Of a stretch of 64,000 nucleotides of DNA, positions 50,873 through 62,959 are shown piece by piece. The notes below the pieces were generated by a model. That model had not been told where the DNA came from and did no database searches. It worked only from the letters and a program-made list of their open reading frames with translations. Numbering within the stretch: the stretch's first letter is position 1; the number at the start of each line of letters is the position of its first letter. This stretch comes from Mobula hypostoma (Eukaryota): NCBI RefSeq assembly GCF_963921235.1, contig NC_086099.1, positions 198,834,001 through 198,898,000 of the forward strand, written 5' to 3'. A program made the position numbers and the translations under genes.

Positions 50873-51179
50873 GTTTGTATTGCATGGCAGAGTGGACCTG
50901 AAGCACAAAATTACTTAATCTTTCTCATATTCTCTGTGCCTCTGTATTTTTAAAAGTTACCGCACTCACTACTGTGCTACCATTCAGCCTTGTGCATCCA
51001 TATTTGAACCTCCCTTTATTGACATGTGGGGCTGAGTCGTCCTTATGGTACAGAGACAAGATATCGCTGAGCAGGCTACCGCTGAGTAATTGATTCTTGA
51101 TAGCACCTCTCTGACAACTTGTAATGTTGCTTTACTGATCATTATGAAAAACCTGCCTCAATGACTATATTTTATTCTT

Positions 51180-51440
51180 TTATTTATTGAGATACAGCAT
51201 GGAACAAACCCATCAGGCCTTTTGAGCCACACGGCAACCCCTAATCACGGGACTTTTACAATAACCAATTAACCAACCAACCAATACGTCTTTGGACTGT
51301 GAGATGAAACTGGAGCGCCAGGAAGAAACCCATGCATTCATGGGGCAACATAGAAACTCCTTACAGACAGCGGTGGGAATTGAAACTGGGTCGTTGGGAC
51401 TGTAAAGTGTTGTGCTAGCCACAGTGCTACTATACCACCC
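51180..51440 (-). mobile_element. V-domain SINE (HE1-like)
   Basis: B-box, V-domain and CR1-type tail on the minus strand. Confidence 0.75.
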
Positions 51441-51959
51441 CTATCATCCAGTTGCATTTAAATCCATTGAGATGAATTGCTTTGAGAAGCTGCTGATGAA
51501 ACGTATCAACACCTGCCTGAAAGGCACCTTGGATTGGCTCCAATTTGCCTACCAGCACAGCAGGTCAACAGCAGATGCCATTTCATTGGCTCTTCACTCA
51601 ACTCTGCAACGTCTGGACAACAAAGGTACATACATCAGGATGCTTTTTATTGACTATATGTATTTTGATAGTAAAATTACTTTGAACTTTGAAGCTAGGC
51701 CCTTTCACATTTTGGAATTTGTTCTTCTCTTTGGGGAGAAGATGCTCCTGGGAATTTTTCGATACGTCATTCCAGTACTTATCTAACTCAGAGCACATTC
51801 AGTGGCTCTGTATCCTCATTTTCGATTAACCATATCAACATACACCTGAGAAGTGACTTGAATCAGCTCCAATGTTGATATTCACCCATTAAAGCATCCA
51901 TTAATCACTGATTAAAGTGTCGAGGAAGATTGAGACATCGAAACCAATGCAGAAGTCAA

Positions 51960-52425
51960 GCAAGAGTTCTGCATTGACTGCCTATCGCTGCGTGGCTCGC
52001 TGTGGCAGGCAGGTAGGCCTTTACCTCATGTGATGTCTCTGGCTTTTGAGGAATGTCAGTGATATCGGAAGATTGTATCGTGGCTCTGTGTTTATGGATT
52101 GGACTGTTCCATTTATGACTGTGGACTTTTTACCCTCATGGTTTTTATATTCTGTGTTTTTTGTCACCTGTTCCGTTTCCGTTTTGATGTGCAAGGGGAG
52201 AGGGGGTTTGGGGGTTGATGTTCTCTTTCCGATTTGTGCGAAAGCAGGGATTTTGGGGTTGATGATCAGGATGTCGTTCTTTTTTTGTGCATGGAGGATT
52301 GGGTTAGATGTTTCTCTCTGAATGACATTCATGTTCTTTCTTTGTTTCATGGCTGTCTGGAGAAGACAAATTTCAGAGTTTTATATGGATACGTACTTCG
52401 ATAATAAATGAATCTTTGAACCTTT
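51960..52425 (+). mobile_element. Non-autonomous retroposon related to 20899-21210
   Basis: Shared T/G-rich body and GATAATAAATGAA end. Confidence 0.55.
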
Positions 52426-52895
52426 TTTAACCTTTGATATTTTCTTCCATTCAGTGTATTCACACACTTGCTTCCTGTATTGTTCATCCTCAGTATGAAC
52501 AACACATAAAAGGGCAAGAGTAATTGATACATGGGAATATTGTCATCTCATTGTTCTCTCTGAGCTGACCTGGAGATGTACTGATGTTTCCTTATCATAA
52601 TTCAGCATAAATTGTGTTACTCATTGCTTTATAAAACCTGATAACCAATCTAATAGAATTATACAAGATTTTGAGAGGCATAGATAGGATAGATAGTCAA
52701 AATCTCTTTTCCCATGTTAGAAGTACTATAAACAAGAGGGTGTGGGTGTGATGATAGATGAACAAGCATTAAAGAGGATTTAAGGAGGATTTTTTTTACA
52801 CAGAGAATGACTGATATCTGGATTATGCTACCAGAGAAGATGATAGAATGAAAGACAATTACTACATTTAGGGGGCATATAGACAGACTCTTGTG

Positions 52896-53460
52896 TATAC
52901 TTGATGGCCATATCATTCAGTATAGAAGTGTACCTAATAAAATGGCTGCAGGAATGGAATGTGGTGCAGTCTTCTGCTGCTGTAGCCTATCCACTTCAGG
53001 TGTAATGCGTTGTACATTCAGAGTCGCTCATCTGCACGGCACTGTTGTAACGCATGGTTATTTGAGTTACTGTTGCCTTCCTGCAAGCTTGAACTAGTCT
53101 GGCTATTTTCCTTTGACTGCTCTCATTAACAAGGAGTGCTTGCCGACAGAACTGCCACTCACTGGCTTTTGTTTTTGTTTTTCGCACTATTACCTGTAAA
53201 CGCCAGAGACTTATGTGTGAAAACCCCAAGAGTTCAGCAGTTTCTGAGATACTCAAACCACCCTGTCTGACACCAGCAATCCTTTCACCGTCAGTCACAT
53301 TTCTTCCCTATTCTGATGTTTGATCTGAACAACAGCTGAACCTCTTGACCATGTCTGCCCGCTTTTATGCACTGAGTTGCTGGAACGTGATAGGCTGATT
53401 AAGTATCTGCATTCGCAAGTAGGTGTACAGGTGTGCCTAATAAAGTAGCCACTGATTGTA
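52896..53460 (-). mobile_element. Tc1 deletion derivative inserted in a CR1 3' fragment
   Basis: ORF 52996-53298 GLSISETAELLGFSH..RKATVTQIT (Tc1 HTH); TIR CCTAATAAAGTAGCCACTGATTG followed by TA. Confidence 0.8.
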
Positions 53461-55127
53461 AATAGGAAAAGCATGGAAGGATGTGGTCCTAATGTATGCT
53501 AATAGCATTAGTATAGATGGGCAAAAAGGTCAGCATGGTTGCCTTGGGCTGAATGGCCCTTTTCTGTGCTATGACTCTATGATTTAGCGAATGAACACTT
53601 TCAACACATAGTTTGGACAGTTTAAAAAATAGCCCCATTTCCTCCTTCTTATGGCCTATTGTAATGGCAATATACGGTAAAGAATCAAATGCTTGAAATT
53701 TAATATGAATGCTCTGCAAGGACAATCAATACTGGTCAATAGAGCATTTGTGGCATTAATACTTTATGCATTTGCTTCCTTGAAAGTACTGATGAGTAGA
53801 TTAATCTCTGCTGATTTCTTTAGATCCAAAAATTTTCCCCTAATTTGATGCACCATTGGAGACAGCATTTACACTTTGCATGCCTTACGTTGGGGAGCAT
53901 ATGCTGGAGTGAGAATCTGTTTTAATCAGCACCTCGACTGCTACATCCGTACATCTGTGTTTTCCACTTCAGACCCCCTTAAAAGCATTCTTTTTCTAAC
54001 TTCCTTTCATCAAAGAAAGAAAAAAAATATTTTAAAAGGCTCTGTAGTCCCCTTCAAAAGTGGCACTTATGCAAGTTATCCCATGCAGTAAGCTCGAAGC
54101 TCTTAGATATTGTAACTGTGCCCCTTAAGTGAATGTCTGCTAAACCTAATAGGTTTCATCAGTGGCAGTCATGTGGTATTCAGGTACGTACAAAATTACT
54201 TTTGTGGCGGCCCAAATGGTCTCCTTCCATATCGTATAACTTTCTTCGCATCTGCATAAATTGGGAAGAATCTCCCCTTTCTATCTAAAAACAGTTTATC
54301 CGTATCCTCAGCAAAGTGCACCAACATCTTGCATTTCTATCGGAGACTAGAACATTGAAAAATGCTTAATGCAGCTTCACCAAAGCATAATGAGACAGAA
54401 ATGAAAAATAAAAGGACGAAAGTGGACACTGATGTATAGGTTTCCTTTGCGCTTTTTGTCTTCTGAAATAATAGCTGGTTGCTGATGTTGTCTCATTAAA
54501 TGTGATCTTTATCTTTCTTGGTATTTTTGAACCTGATAATATTATTTAATAAATTGTGCTGCATTAATGGAATAGATAATCAGCAATAGATTTGCTGGGG
54601 ACAGGAGAAGTTCTCCTTTAGCTCAATGTCACTTGGGACGGTTATCCTTCCCAATCAGCCATTGTTCCATAAACTGCAAAAAGAAAATTTAGTTTAACAT
54701 GTACAAAAACAACCAGGGAACAAATATTGGGAATGTAATAAATGAGAAAATAAAAGGAAAAAATCTATCCTGTCAATGTGTTAAATCTGTTCCTCAGAGC
54801 AAGACAGTTTGGGAAGGCATTCACGGTGCTAAAGGGATGAAGGGATATGGAGAGAAGGTGGGAACAGGCTACAAAAGTGAGTCATCTTCCTGATGAATGA
54901 TGCAGTAGACTTTATTAGAGTGAATGTCCTACTCTGCACCAATTCTGTATGCTCCTATACATCTATCTGATGTAGATGCTGCATCTTACACATTGGATTA
55001 CTGTGCTGTAACTCAAAATAAGAAGTATAAGGTGTACCAGATCATGACTGGTTTTGCTGAGCTAATTAGAGAGAAAGTGTTCCCATGAGTAGATGGTTCA
55101 AGGATGAAGAGGGATGAAATATTGGGT

Positions 55128-55255
55128 AGAAACATAGAAACATAGAAAAATAGATGCAGGAGTAGGCCATTCGGCCCTTCGAGCCTGCACCGCCATTTAT
55201 TATGATCATGGCTGATCATCCAACTCAGAACCCCGCCCCAGCCTTCCCTCCATAG
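55128..55255 (-). mobile_element. Young CR1 tail insertion
   Basis: (AGAAACAT)n followed by GGAGTAGGCCATTCGGCCCTTCGAGCCTGC. Confidence 0.7.
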
Positions 55256-56044
55256 AAAAGATAAAAGGGCGTTGGGAGGAAGGAATTTGACAAAGAATGT
55301 AGATATAGTCAAGATCCCACTAAGTGTAAAGTTGGTAGAAAGAGGGACTTGGAGAGAGAATAATTAGCAAGGTCTTGGGAAAATGGAAAGTGAATGGAAC
55401 TGAATGTATTGTTCTACTGGGGGCTGACAGAGGCTTGATGGGTCATGTGGCCTTGTACAGAGCCATAACAATTCTATGATTGTCTGAAATCAGAAATTAA
55501 AATGGGAATTCCTAAAAGGTGGTTTTCAATATAAAGACCAAGTTAATCCGAGTTTCAACTGCTTCTCAGAATTGCCATGCCACCACTGACAGTCTCCCAG
55601 GCAAAAAAAAAAGACAATCGATTATCATTCATGTTTTTGAATTTTTACAGCATTTCTCAAGAAGTTAAGAGACACTGAAGACTACTTTTCAGTGAGTTGT
55701 CTGATTCCACTTCCAACAACAGTAACAATGTATTTGCATCACTTGAGGTGTTGGGTTAGAGAACATTAAAGGAACCCAGGAAAGGTCAAGAAGGTACAAT
55801 AAGTAATTGCATAAGGGTTGCTATTCTTATTAATTTATTTATATAATGAGAAGCTACATCTAGATTAAGTAAAAGAGATGTGATCAAACATCCCAAATCC
55901 AAAGGGAACTGAGTGGAATGAAACATTTTCACGTTAAAAGATTGTGCCTAAACCCCAAACCCCTAGAAAGCTCAATAATTTTGGTAGAAGTACCTGCATG
56001 AACATTTATATAGAAAAGATACACAGAGATTGCATTTAATTTTT

Positions 56045-56610
56045 CAAAGTTCAAAGTGAATTTATTAGCAAAGTACATATACATCACCATATACAACCCT
56101 GAGATTCATTTTCTTGCAGGTATTATCAATAAATCTATAGAAGAATAACAATAATAGAATCAATGAGAGAGCACACCAAATTGGGCATTCATCCATTGTG
56201 CAAACGACAACAAACTGTGTATAGGCAAAAAGAAAGAAATAATAACAAGTAAATAAATAAACAATAAATAGCGAGAACATGAGATGAAGAGTCTTTGAAA
56301 GTGAATCCATTTGTTGTTGGAACATTTCAATGATGGGGGAAGTGAAGCTGAGTGACGTTATCCCCTTTGGTCCAAGAGACTCATGGTTGCGGGATAATAA
56401 TTGTTCCTGAACCTTGTGGTGTCAGTCTCGAAGTTCTTATACCTCCTTCCCGATGGCAGCAACAAGAGAGCATGTCCTTGTTGGTGCATATCCTTGATGA
56501 TGGATGCTGCTTTTCTGCATCAGTGATTCATGTAGATGTGCTCAGTAGTAGGGAGGGCTTTACCTGTGATCGGCTGGGATGCATCCAATACTTCTTGTAG
56601 GATTTTCCAT
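56045..56610 (-). mobile_element. Rex1/Babar 3' fragment
   Basis: KAASIIKDMHQ..PSGRRYK..FRNNYYP and UTR. Confidence 0.75.
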
Positions 56611-56857
56611 TCTGTCTAAGCCACCTGTTTGCTCTAGTTGGGATCACAAGTTGCCCTATATGAGGACTTTCTGAGGTATTAGTTCTTCACTCAGAGTTCT
56701 GGAGATTCTTTCAGATCTAAGAATTGAATGTGAAAAAAAAATCAGTTGATCCTTAAAGTGACTTTTAGAAGCTGCTTGGGAAGGACTTGGAGTGACTTTT
56801 GTGTCATCAAGCCACATCAATCCTCTCCATCCCCTGAACCAAACAAATTGGAAGCAA

Positions 56858-57103
56858 GCAACACACATCAAAGTTGCTGGTGAACGCAGTAGGCCAGGCA
56901 GCATCTCTAGGAAGAGGTACAATCGACGTTTCGGGCCGAGACCCTTCGTCAGGACGAAGGGATGAAGGATGAAGGGTCTTGGCCCGAAACGTCGACTGTA
57001 CCTCTTCCTAGAGATGCTGCCTGGCCTGCTGCGTTCACCAGCAACTTTGATGTGTGTTGCTTGAATTTCCAGCATCTGCAGAATTCCTCGTGTTTGCGTT
57101 TTT
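56858..57103. mobile_element. Fold-back (palindromic) Penelope pLTR mini-element
   Basis: Two ~95-bp inverted arms with about 3 mismatches; 13-bp TSD AAATTGGAAGCAA at 56845-56857 and 57104-57116. Confidence 0.9.
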
Positions 57104-57249
57104 AAATTGGAAGCAATATGGCCTTCCCCAGGTTCTGCAGAGAAGCTAGATTACCAAGTCTCTTCCGCCCCAAACTGCAGCAGTAATTTGTCTTCAAGCA
57201 TTGTCAAACGTAAGGACATACAGAGAATGCTCAAACATGCATATTGTGA

Positions 57250-58010
57250 CGAGTCATAGACTAATACAACGTGCCCAAGATCATCCGTGATGTCCACCAC
57301 GTTTCAAACAAGAGAAAATCTCCAGATGCTGGAAATCCGAGCAACACACACAAAATGCTGGAGGAACTCAGCAGGCCAGGCAGCACCTATGGAAAAAAGG
57401 ACAGTCGATGTTTCAGGCCTGCTGAGTTCCTCCAGCACTTGTGTGTGATGCTTGTCACATGTACCCGCATTTGGCCCACATCGCTCTCAATCCTTCTTGT
57501 CCATGTACTTAACCAAACATCTTTTACATGCTGTTATTATACATGTCCCAGCACTTCCCCTGCCAGATTGATCCAACTATGTACCATTCTCAGCATGAAG
57601 AAGTTGCCCTTCAAGTCCCTTTTAAATCATTCATCTCTCACCTTAAAACTATGGCCTTTAGTTTTTAGTTCCCCTTTGTTTGGCTAAAGACCTCATGTTT
57701 TCACCCTATCTGTGCCTCTCATGATCTTATACACCTCTGTAAGTTCACCCCTTAATCTCCTACATTCGCAGAAATAATACCCTGGCCTGACCAGCATTTC
57801 CCTATAACTTAGGCCCTTGGCTTCTAGCAGCACCCTTGTAAACTTTCTCTGCACATAATCCAGTTTAATGAATTCCTTCCAGTAACAGTGTGGTCAAATC
57901 TGTCGACATGTACAGTCTCACCAAAGTCTTGTACAACATACAGTATGTCCCAATTCCTATGCTTAATTTCCTGGCCAATGAAGGACAGCATATGGCTTGC
58001 ATTTCCTTCT
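57250..58010 (-). mobile_element. CR1 3' fragment containing a collapsed Penelope palindrome (~57305-57450)
   Basis: CR1 RT C-terminus and tail; inner ACACACAAAATGCTGGAGGAACTCAGCAGGCC / GGCCTGCTGAGTTCCTCCAGCACTTGTGTGT inverted pair. Confidence 0.75.
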
Positions 58011-58769
58011 GGCATGATCAGCTACGTGGCGCCTGTTCCAGGTGACCACTCACACAATGACCTCCATGGAACCCGAGCAGAGATAATGCATTTTCCAATT
58101 ATCGTTTGCATCTTGCAGGTTTAAAAGCATCACCACTCTCACACACAGTGAAAGAACATCAGATTGCAAAGCTTGTGATGAATGACACATCGGCTGGGTA
58201 CATGGTATTATATTAACTGAAGCATTGCCATACAGATTAAAGCGACAACAAAACCTTTCATGGACCCTGTAAGCTCTTTGTTCAAAAACTGGAGAAAATT
58301 AAAATGATAATTAATAAGTTCCTACTAATAATTTTTAAATAGCACCACAGCTGGTACACATAGACAAGCAAAATCCCTGCTTTGATTTTCCATCCTCTGT
58401 CTGCATTGAATCAGGAGTCCAATGTAATGTTCTCGTATTCACAAATAATATTAAATGACAAGGACAGTTGAAATAGAGGAAGTGAACACAAAATAAATAT
58501 CACAGAAGTGCAAGATAGTGGCAATGGCAAATTACGTTTAATGGAAATAAAATACAGATAGATATCCTGAAGAAAGAAAAAAAAAGAAGTAATTCATGTA
58601 CGGCAGAAGTAGCAGCTGAAGATTTTCTTATAACGTCTGGCTTGGCAGTTTGGACTGAAATTTTTTACATGTAAGTGCTCAAACCACTGCTGATTAATTC
58701 CTCTGTAACCTTTATTGTTTTCATAATCAGAATATGTTGCAGCAATGTATATATGTTGAAGTATACCTA

Positions 58770-59820
58770 TCAGTACGTGGTGTATCGTGTAGTGTGACCT
58801 TGACTTTGGCTTTACCAAATACTACTGCATAGTTAAGTGTCATTGCCATCAGTAAAAGATGCATTTTTTTAAAAGATGTACTTATTTTTCAAAATTTGGA
58901 CATCATTGGCATAGGTCCTATTGGGAATGTGGTGGGAGCCACGTGTTGAAGTATCATTGTCCTCCAGTCTCATAATGCTGTTTAGTAAGAATGTAAGGAT
59001 TTCACAAAAACAACAGAACCGCAAAGCACTTCCAGGTCAAGATTTTAACAATAATGTAGCCTGCGGAAAAGTACACGCTCAGGACAACAAAGACGTTTTC
59101 GGGTTTTAAATCCTTTATAGGTTTTCGATGTTTAAGGGCCAAAAGAGGGTCGCGAACAAAATGAACGAATTGACAAACAGTTCTTGCCGTTACAATCTCA
59201 GGGTAACTTCAGATTCACACCCTTGTGTATGAACAGAATTGCGTATGCAGTATAAAAATACCAGAACTACTACAGTACAAATACGGTAGTGGCAATCCTG
59301 AAGGAACACAATACAAACAACATTAGAATCCCACCCACCCTGCATCTTATACATAACAGCGCAAAATGTAAGCGAATACATCTCATCTAAGACGTACACA
59401 CGTGCTGAACTTCCAAACAGAGACTAAACATTCACGTTACGCGGTTGCATGTACAATCAGTCCCAATACAATAAAGTTAGACAAAAGGTACACTTTGGCA
59501 CAACTTTTACAAGAGATTTCCTGGTAGTTAAATTACAGGAAGACTGACCTACTTGGCTGGTGAGGAACTTTGCCCAAGCCACGCAATCCAGTGTTGAGTC
59601 ACTTACTCAAGAAAATCTAAAGCATCCACGTGTAAACCATGTCAAATTACCGATATTCTCGATCCACCAACAAGCATAAGCAAATTCACATGGATATTGT
59701 CAATTAATGCTCACCTTTCCTCACCCTGTCCAGCACACTCTGGGAGAAACCAGATTCCAACACCCCACCACTGTCTTCAGCAGAAAGCACGTGTGTAATG
59801 ACATCACCGTCTCCCTTAAA
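58770..59820. promoter_or_regulatory. Putative E-box/RORE-rich enhancer or promoter
   Basis: CACGTG at 58940, 59399, 59627 and 59788; CACGTT 59433; TGACCTACTT 59545; TGACCTTGA 58795; TGAGTCA 59595; CpG visibly retained in non-repeat DNA. Confidence 0.45.
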
Positions 59821-61289
59821 GGCACAGGCAACTATTCTAGCATTACCCGGATGGATGCCTGAGTACACTTTTAACGATACTGAATAAGATCCGACGGTCA
59901 CCCGGTTACAATAATTCCTTCATTTTTTGTGCACTGCTGGTAATGGTGGCATCCATTGCCCGTCCTTATTTGCCATTGAACGAAGTGGCTTTCTGGAAAT
60001 GGTGGAGGACATTCAAGAGTGAACCAAATTGCCTGGGACTGGAGTCACACAGAAGGCATTCTAAAAAAGCAGACTTCCTTCCCTGAAGCACACATGAAGG
60101 AGGTAGGATTTTACATCAACTTATAGTTTTTGCAGTTATTATTTTTCCTGAATTTAAATTCCTTGTGTGACATGTCAATAATAATATGCAAACAAGTTTT
60201 CCCTGTGCTGCTGAAGTATTTTTCCTCTCTGCTTGTAGAGATTGTAGGTTTGGAAGGTGCTGTGGGAGCAGCCCAGGTGAGTAATTGCTGTCCACTTTGC
60301 AGAGGGAACATACTGCAGTCATGGTGCAGAATAATTGAAGGGATAATTCTAGGGTAGAAGTAGGATACTACGTAATCAAGAAAGATGCTTTGTCTTAGAT
60401 GATGTGAAAATTCTCAAGTGTTATTTGAGATGCATTGATGTTGGCAAGTGGAGAGTATTCCATCACACTCCTGACTTGTGCCTTGTAAATGCTGAAAGAT
60501 TTTTTGAAGTGTCCAGATGTGACACTTCAAAAGGTGCCCAGATTCCCTTTAGTTTTTTTCAGCCACAGTATGTATGTGGCTGGTTGAACTGTGTTTTTGA
60601 TCATCTTCAGGATGCTAATGGAAGTGGACTTTATTCAGCATCCTGAAGATGATCAAAAGCGCAGGTAGCGATGCCCTTGAACAGCATGTGCAGGTAGATG
60701 GACTCATTCATTTTGGAGATGGTCACTTATACAGACGATAGCTCAACCATCAGTTGCTGATGCTAGCAGCAGCACAGAAGGATCAAGAGGCAATGCAGCA
60801 ACATGAACTACTGGGCAAAGAATTATGAACAGCCATTTTCTTTCTAACAGGTCTTTGTACGTACTGTCCAAAAGACAGCTTCGCATTTTAAAATGGTTCT
60901 GAGCTGGAATATCATAGCGTTATACAGCAACGATAAATCTTTTGGCCCAACGTATCCATTCTGATCAAGGCATATGCATTTGCACTATATCGCTCTAAAC
61001 CACTCCTATCCATGTACCGTTCCAAATGTTTTATTTTTATAGTAATTGTACCCACCTCTAGAAACTACGATATGCACACAGCCTTCCGTGTGAAAGAACT
61101 GCCCCTCATGTCACCTTTAAACTTTTCCATTCTCATATTGAACCTATGCTCTGTAGCTCCAATCTTGCTTATACTGATAAAAGTACAGCAAATATCTATT
61201 TTATCTGTGCCCCTCATGAACATAATTAAGTCTCCCTTCAGTCATATTTGCTCCAGGGAAAACAATCCTCTCTTTCCTAATATTGTATG

Positions 61290-62345
61290 TATTCAATTCA
61301 ACCCAATACACTGCAGGATATACCTCCCCACGATCATGAGATGCTGCCCACGTAAGGCATCACTTATCATAAAATATCCCCATCATCTAGGACGTGCCAT
61401 CTTCTTGCAACTGCAGAAAGTTGTAAGCTCATCCAGTTCCATTATGGACACTAATATTGAGGTGACCTTCAAAAGACGATGCTTCGAAAAGGTGGCATCC
61501 ATCATTAAGGACCCCTATCACCGAGGACCTGTTCCCTTCTCGTTGTTATCATCAGGCTGCATCACTGTCTGGTATGGGGCCAGTGAGGGGGGGCAGGCAA
61601 CTGCACAGGATTGAAAGAAGCTGCAGAGATTTGTAAATTTAGCTGCCTCCATCTTGGGCTCCACAAGGTACCCTGGGCATCTTCAAGAAGCGGTGTCTCA
61701 GAAAGGCAGCTTTCATTGTGAAGGACCTCCAGCACCCAGGGCATGCCCTTTTCTCACACTTACCATCAGGTAGGAGATACAGAAGCCCAAAGGCAACAGA
61801 CTCAGCGATACAGGAAGAGCTGCTTCCCCTCTGCCGTCCAATTCCTAAATGGACAATGAACCCGTGAACACTGCCTCACTTTTTTAATATATATTATTTC
61901 TGGGTTTTTTTTGCATGATTTTTAATCTATTTAATATATGTATACAGTTATTTATTTATTTATTATTTTATTTTGTTTTTTTTCTTCTATATTGTATTAT
62001 ACTGCTGCTGCTAAGTTAACAAATTTCACGACACATGCCGGTGATAATAAATCTGATTCTGATTCTGGAAGAGGTGCAGGAGCCTGAAGACACACACTCA
62101 ACATATCAAGCAGCAGCTTCTTCCCCTCCGTCATCAGATTTCTGAACGGACAATGAATCCGTGAACATTACCTCACTGTTTTTCCTCCCTTCTTTTTGCA
62201 TCACTTATTTATTTATTGTTTTCTTTTTTATATATACTTATTGGAATTTATGGTGTTTTATTATCATGTATTGCAATGTATTGCTGCCAGAAAACAACGA
62301 ACTTCATGATATATGCCAGTCATAGTAAACCTGATTCTGATTCAG
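61290..62345 (+). mobile_element. Nested Rex1/Babar 3' fragments
   Basis: Repeated KAASIIKDP.H.G..FS.L.SGRRY blocks and two (GATTCT)n tails. Confidence 0.75.
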
Positions 62346-62958
62346 TCGCTACTTTATTAAGTATCTACCTTCTGTATCTAATAAGGTGCCACTGGGTGGT
62401 ATCACACGCGAAATGCTGGAGCAACCCAGCAGGTCAGGCAGCAACAATGGAGAAGGATAAAAAATCGGCATTTTGGACCGAGACCCTTCGTCAGGACTGA
62501 GTATGTGTTCATAGCCTTCAGCTGCAGAAGTCCATCCACTTCAAGTTTCAACGTGTTGTGCATTCAGAGTTGCTCTTCTGCATACTACTATCGTAATGTG
62601 TGGTCATTTGAGTTACTGGTGCTTTTCTGTCAGCTTGAACTAGTCTGGCCATTCTCCTCTGACTTTTCTCATCATCAAGGCATTTTTGCCCAAATAACTA
62701 CCACTCATTGGATGTTTCTCGTACCATTCTCTGTAAACTCTAGAGACTGTTGTGTGTGAAAATCGCAAGGGAATTTCTGAGATACACAAACCACCTTGCC
62801 TGACTCCAAAAATCATTCTACATCAAAGTCACATTTCCTCCTCATTCTGATCTCTGCTCTGAACAACACTGAACCATGTCTACATGTTAATAAATTAAGT
62901 TGACGCCACAAGATTGGCTGATCAGGAATTTGCAATAACAAGTAGGCATGCAGGTACT
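62345..62958 (-). mobile_element. Second Tc1 deletion derivative, with a Penelope pLTR piece at ~62403-62500
   Basis: Colinear with 52896-53460; the insert ends CCCTTCGTCAGGACT. Confidence 0.7.
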
Positions 62959-62959
62959 T

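Noticed and set aside
53782-53820. Hammerhead core CTGATGAG
   Set aside because: No GAAA after a stem II, and the upstream GAAA is too close to form stems I and III.
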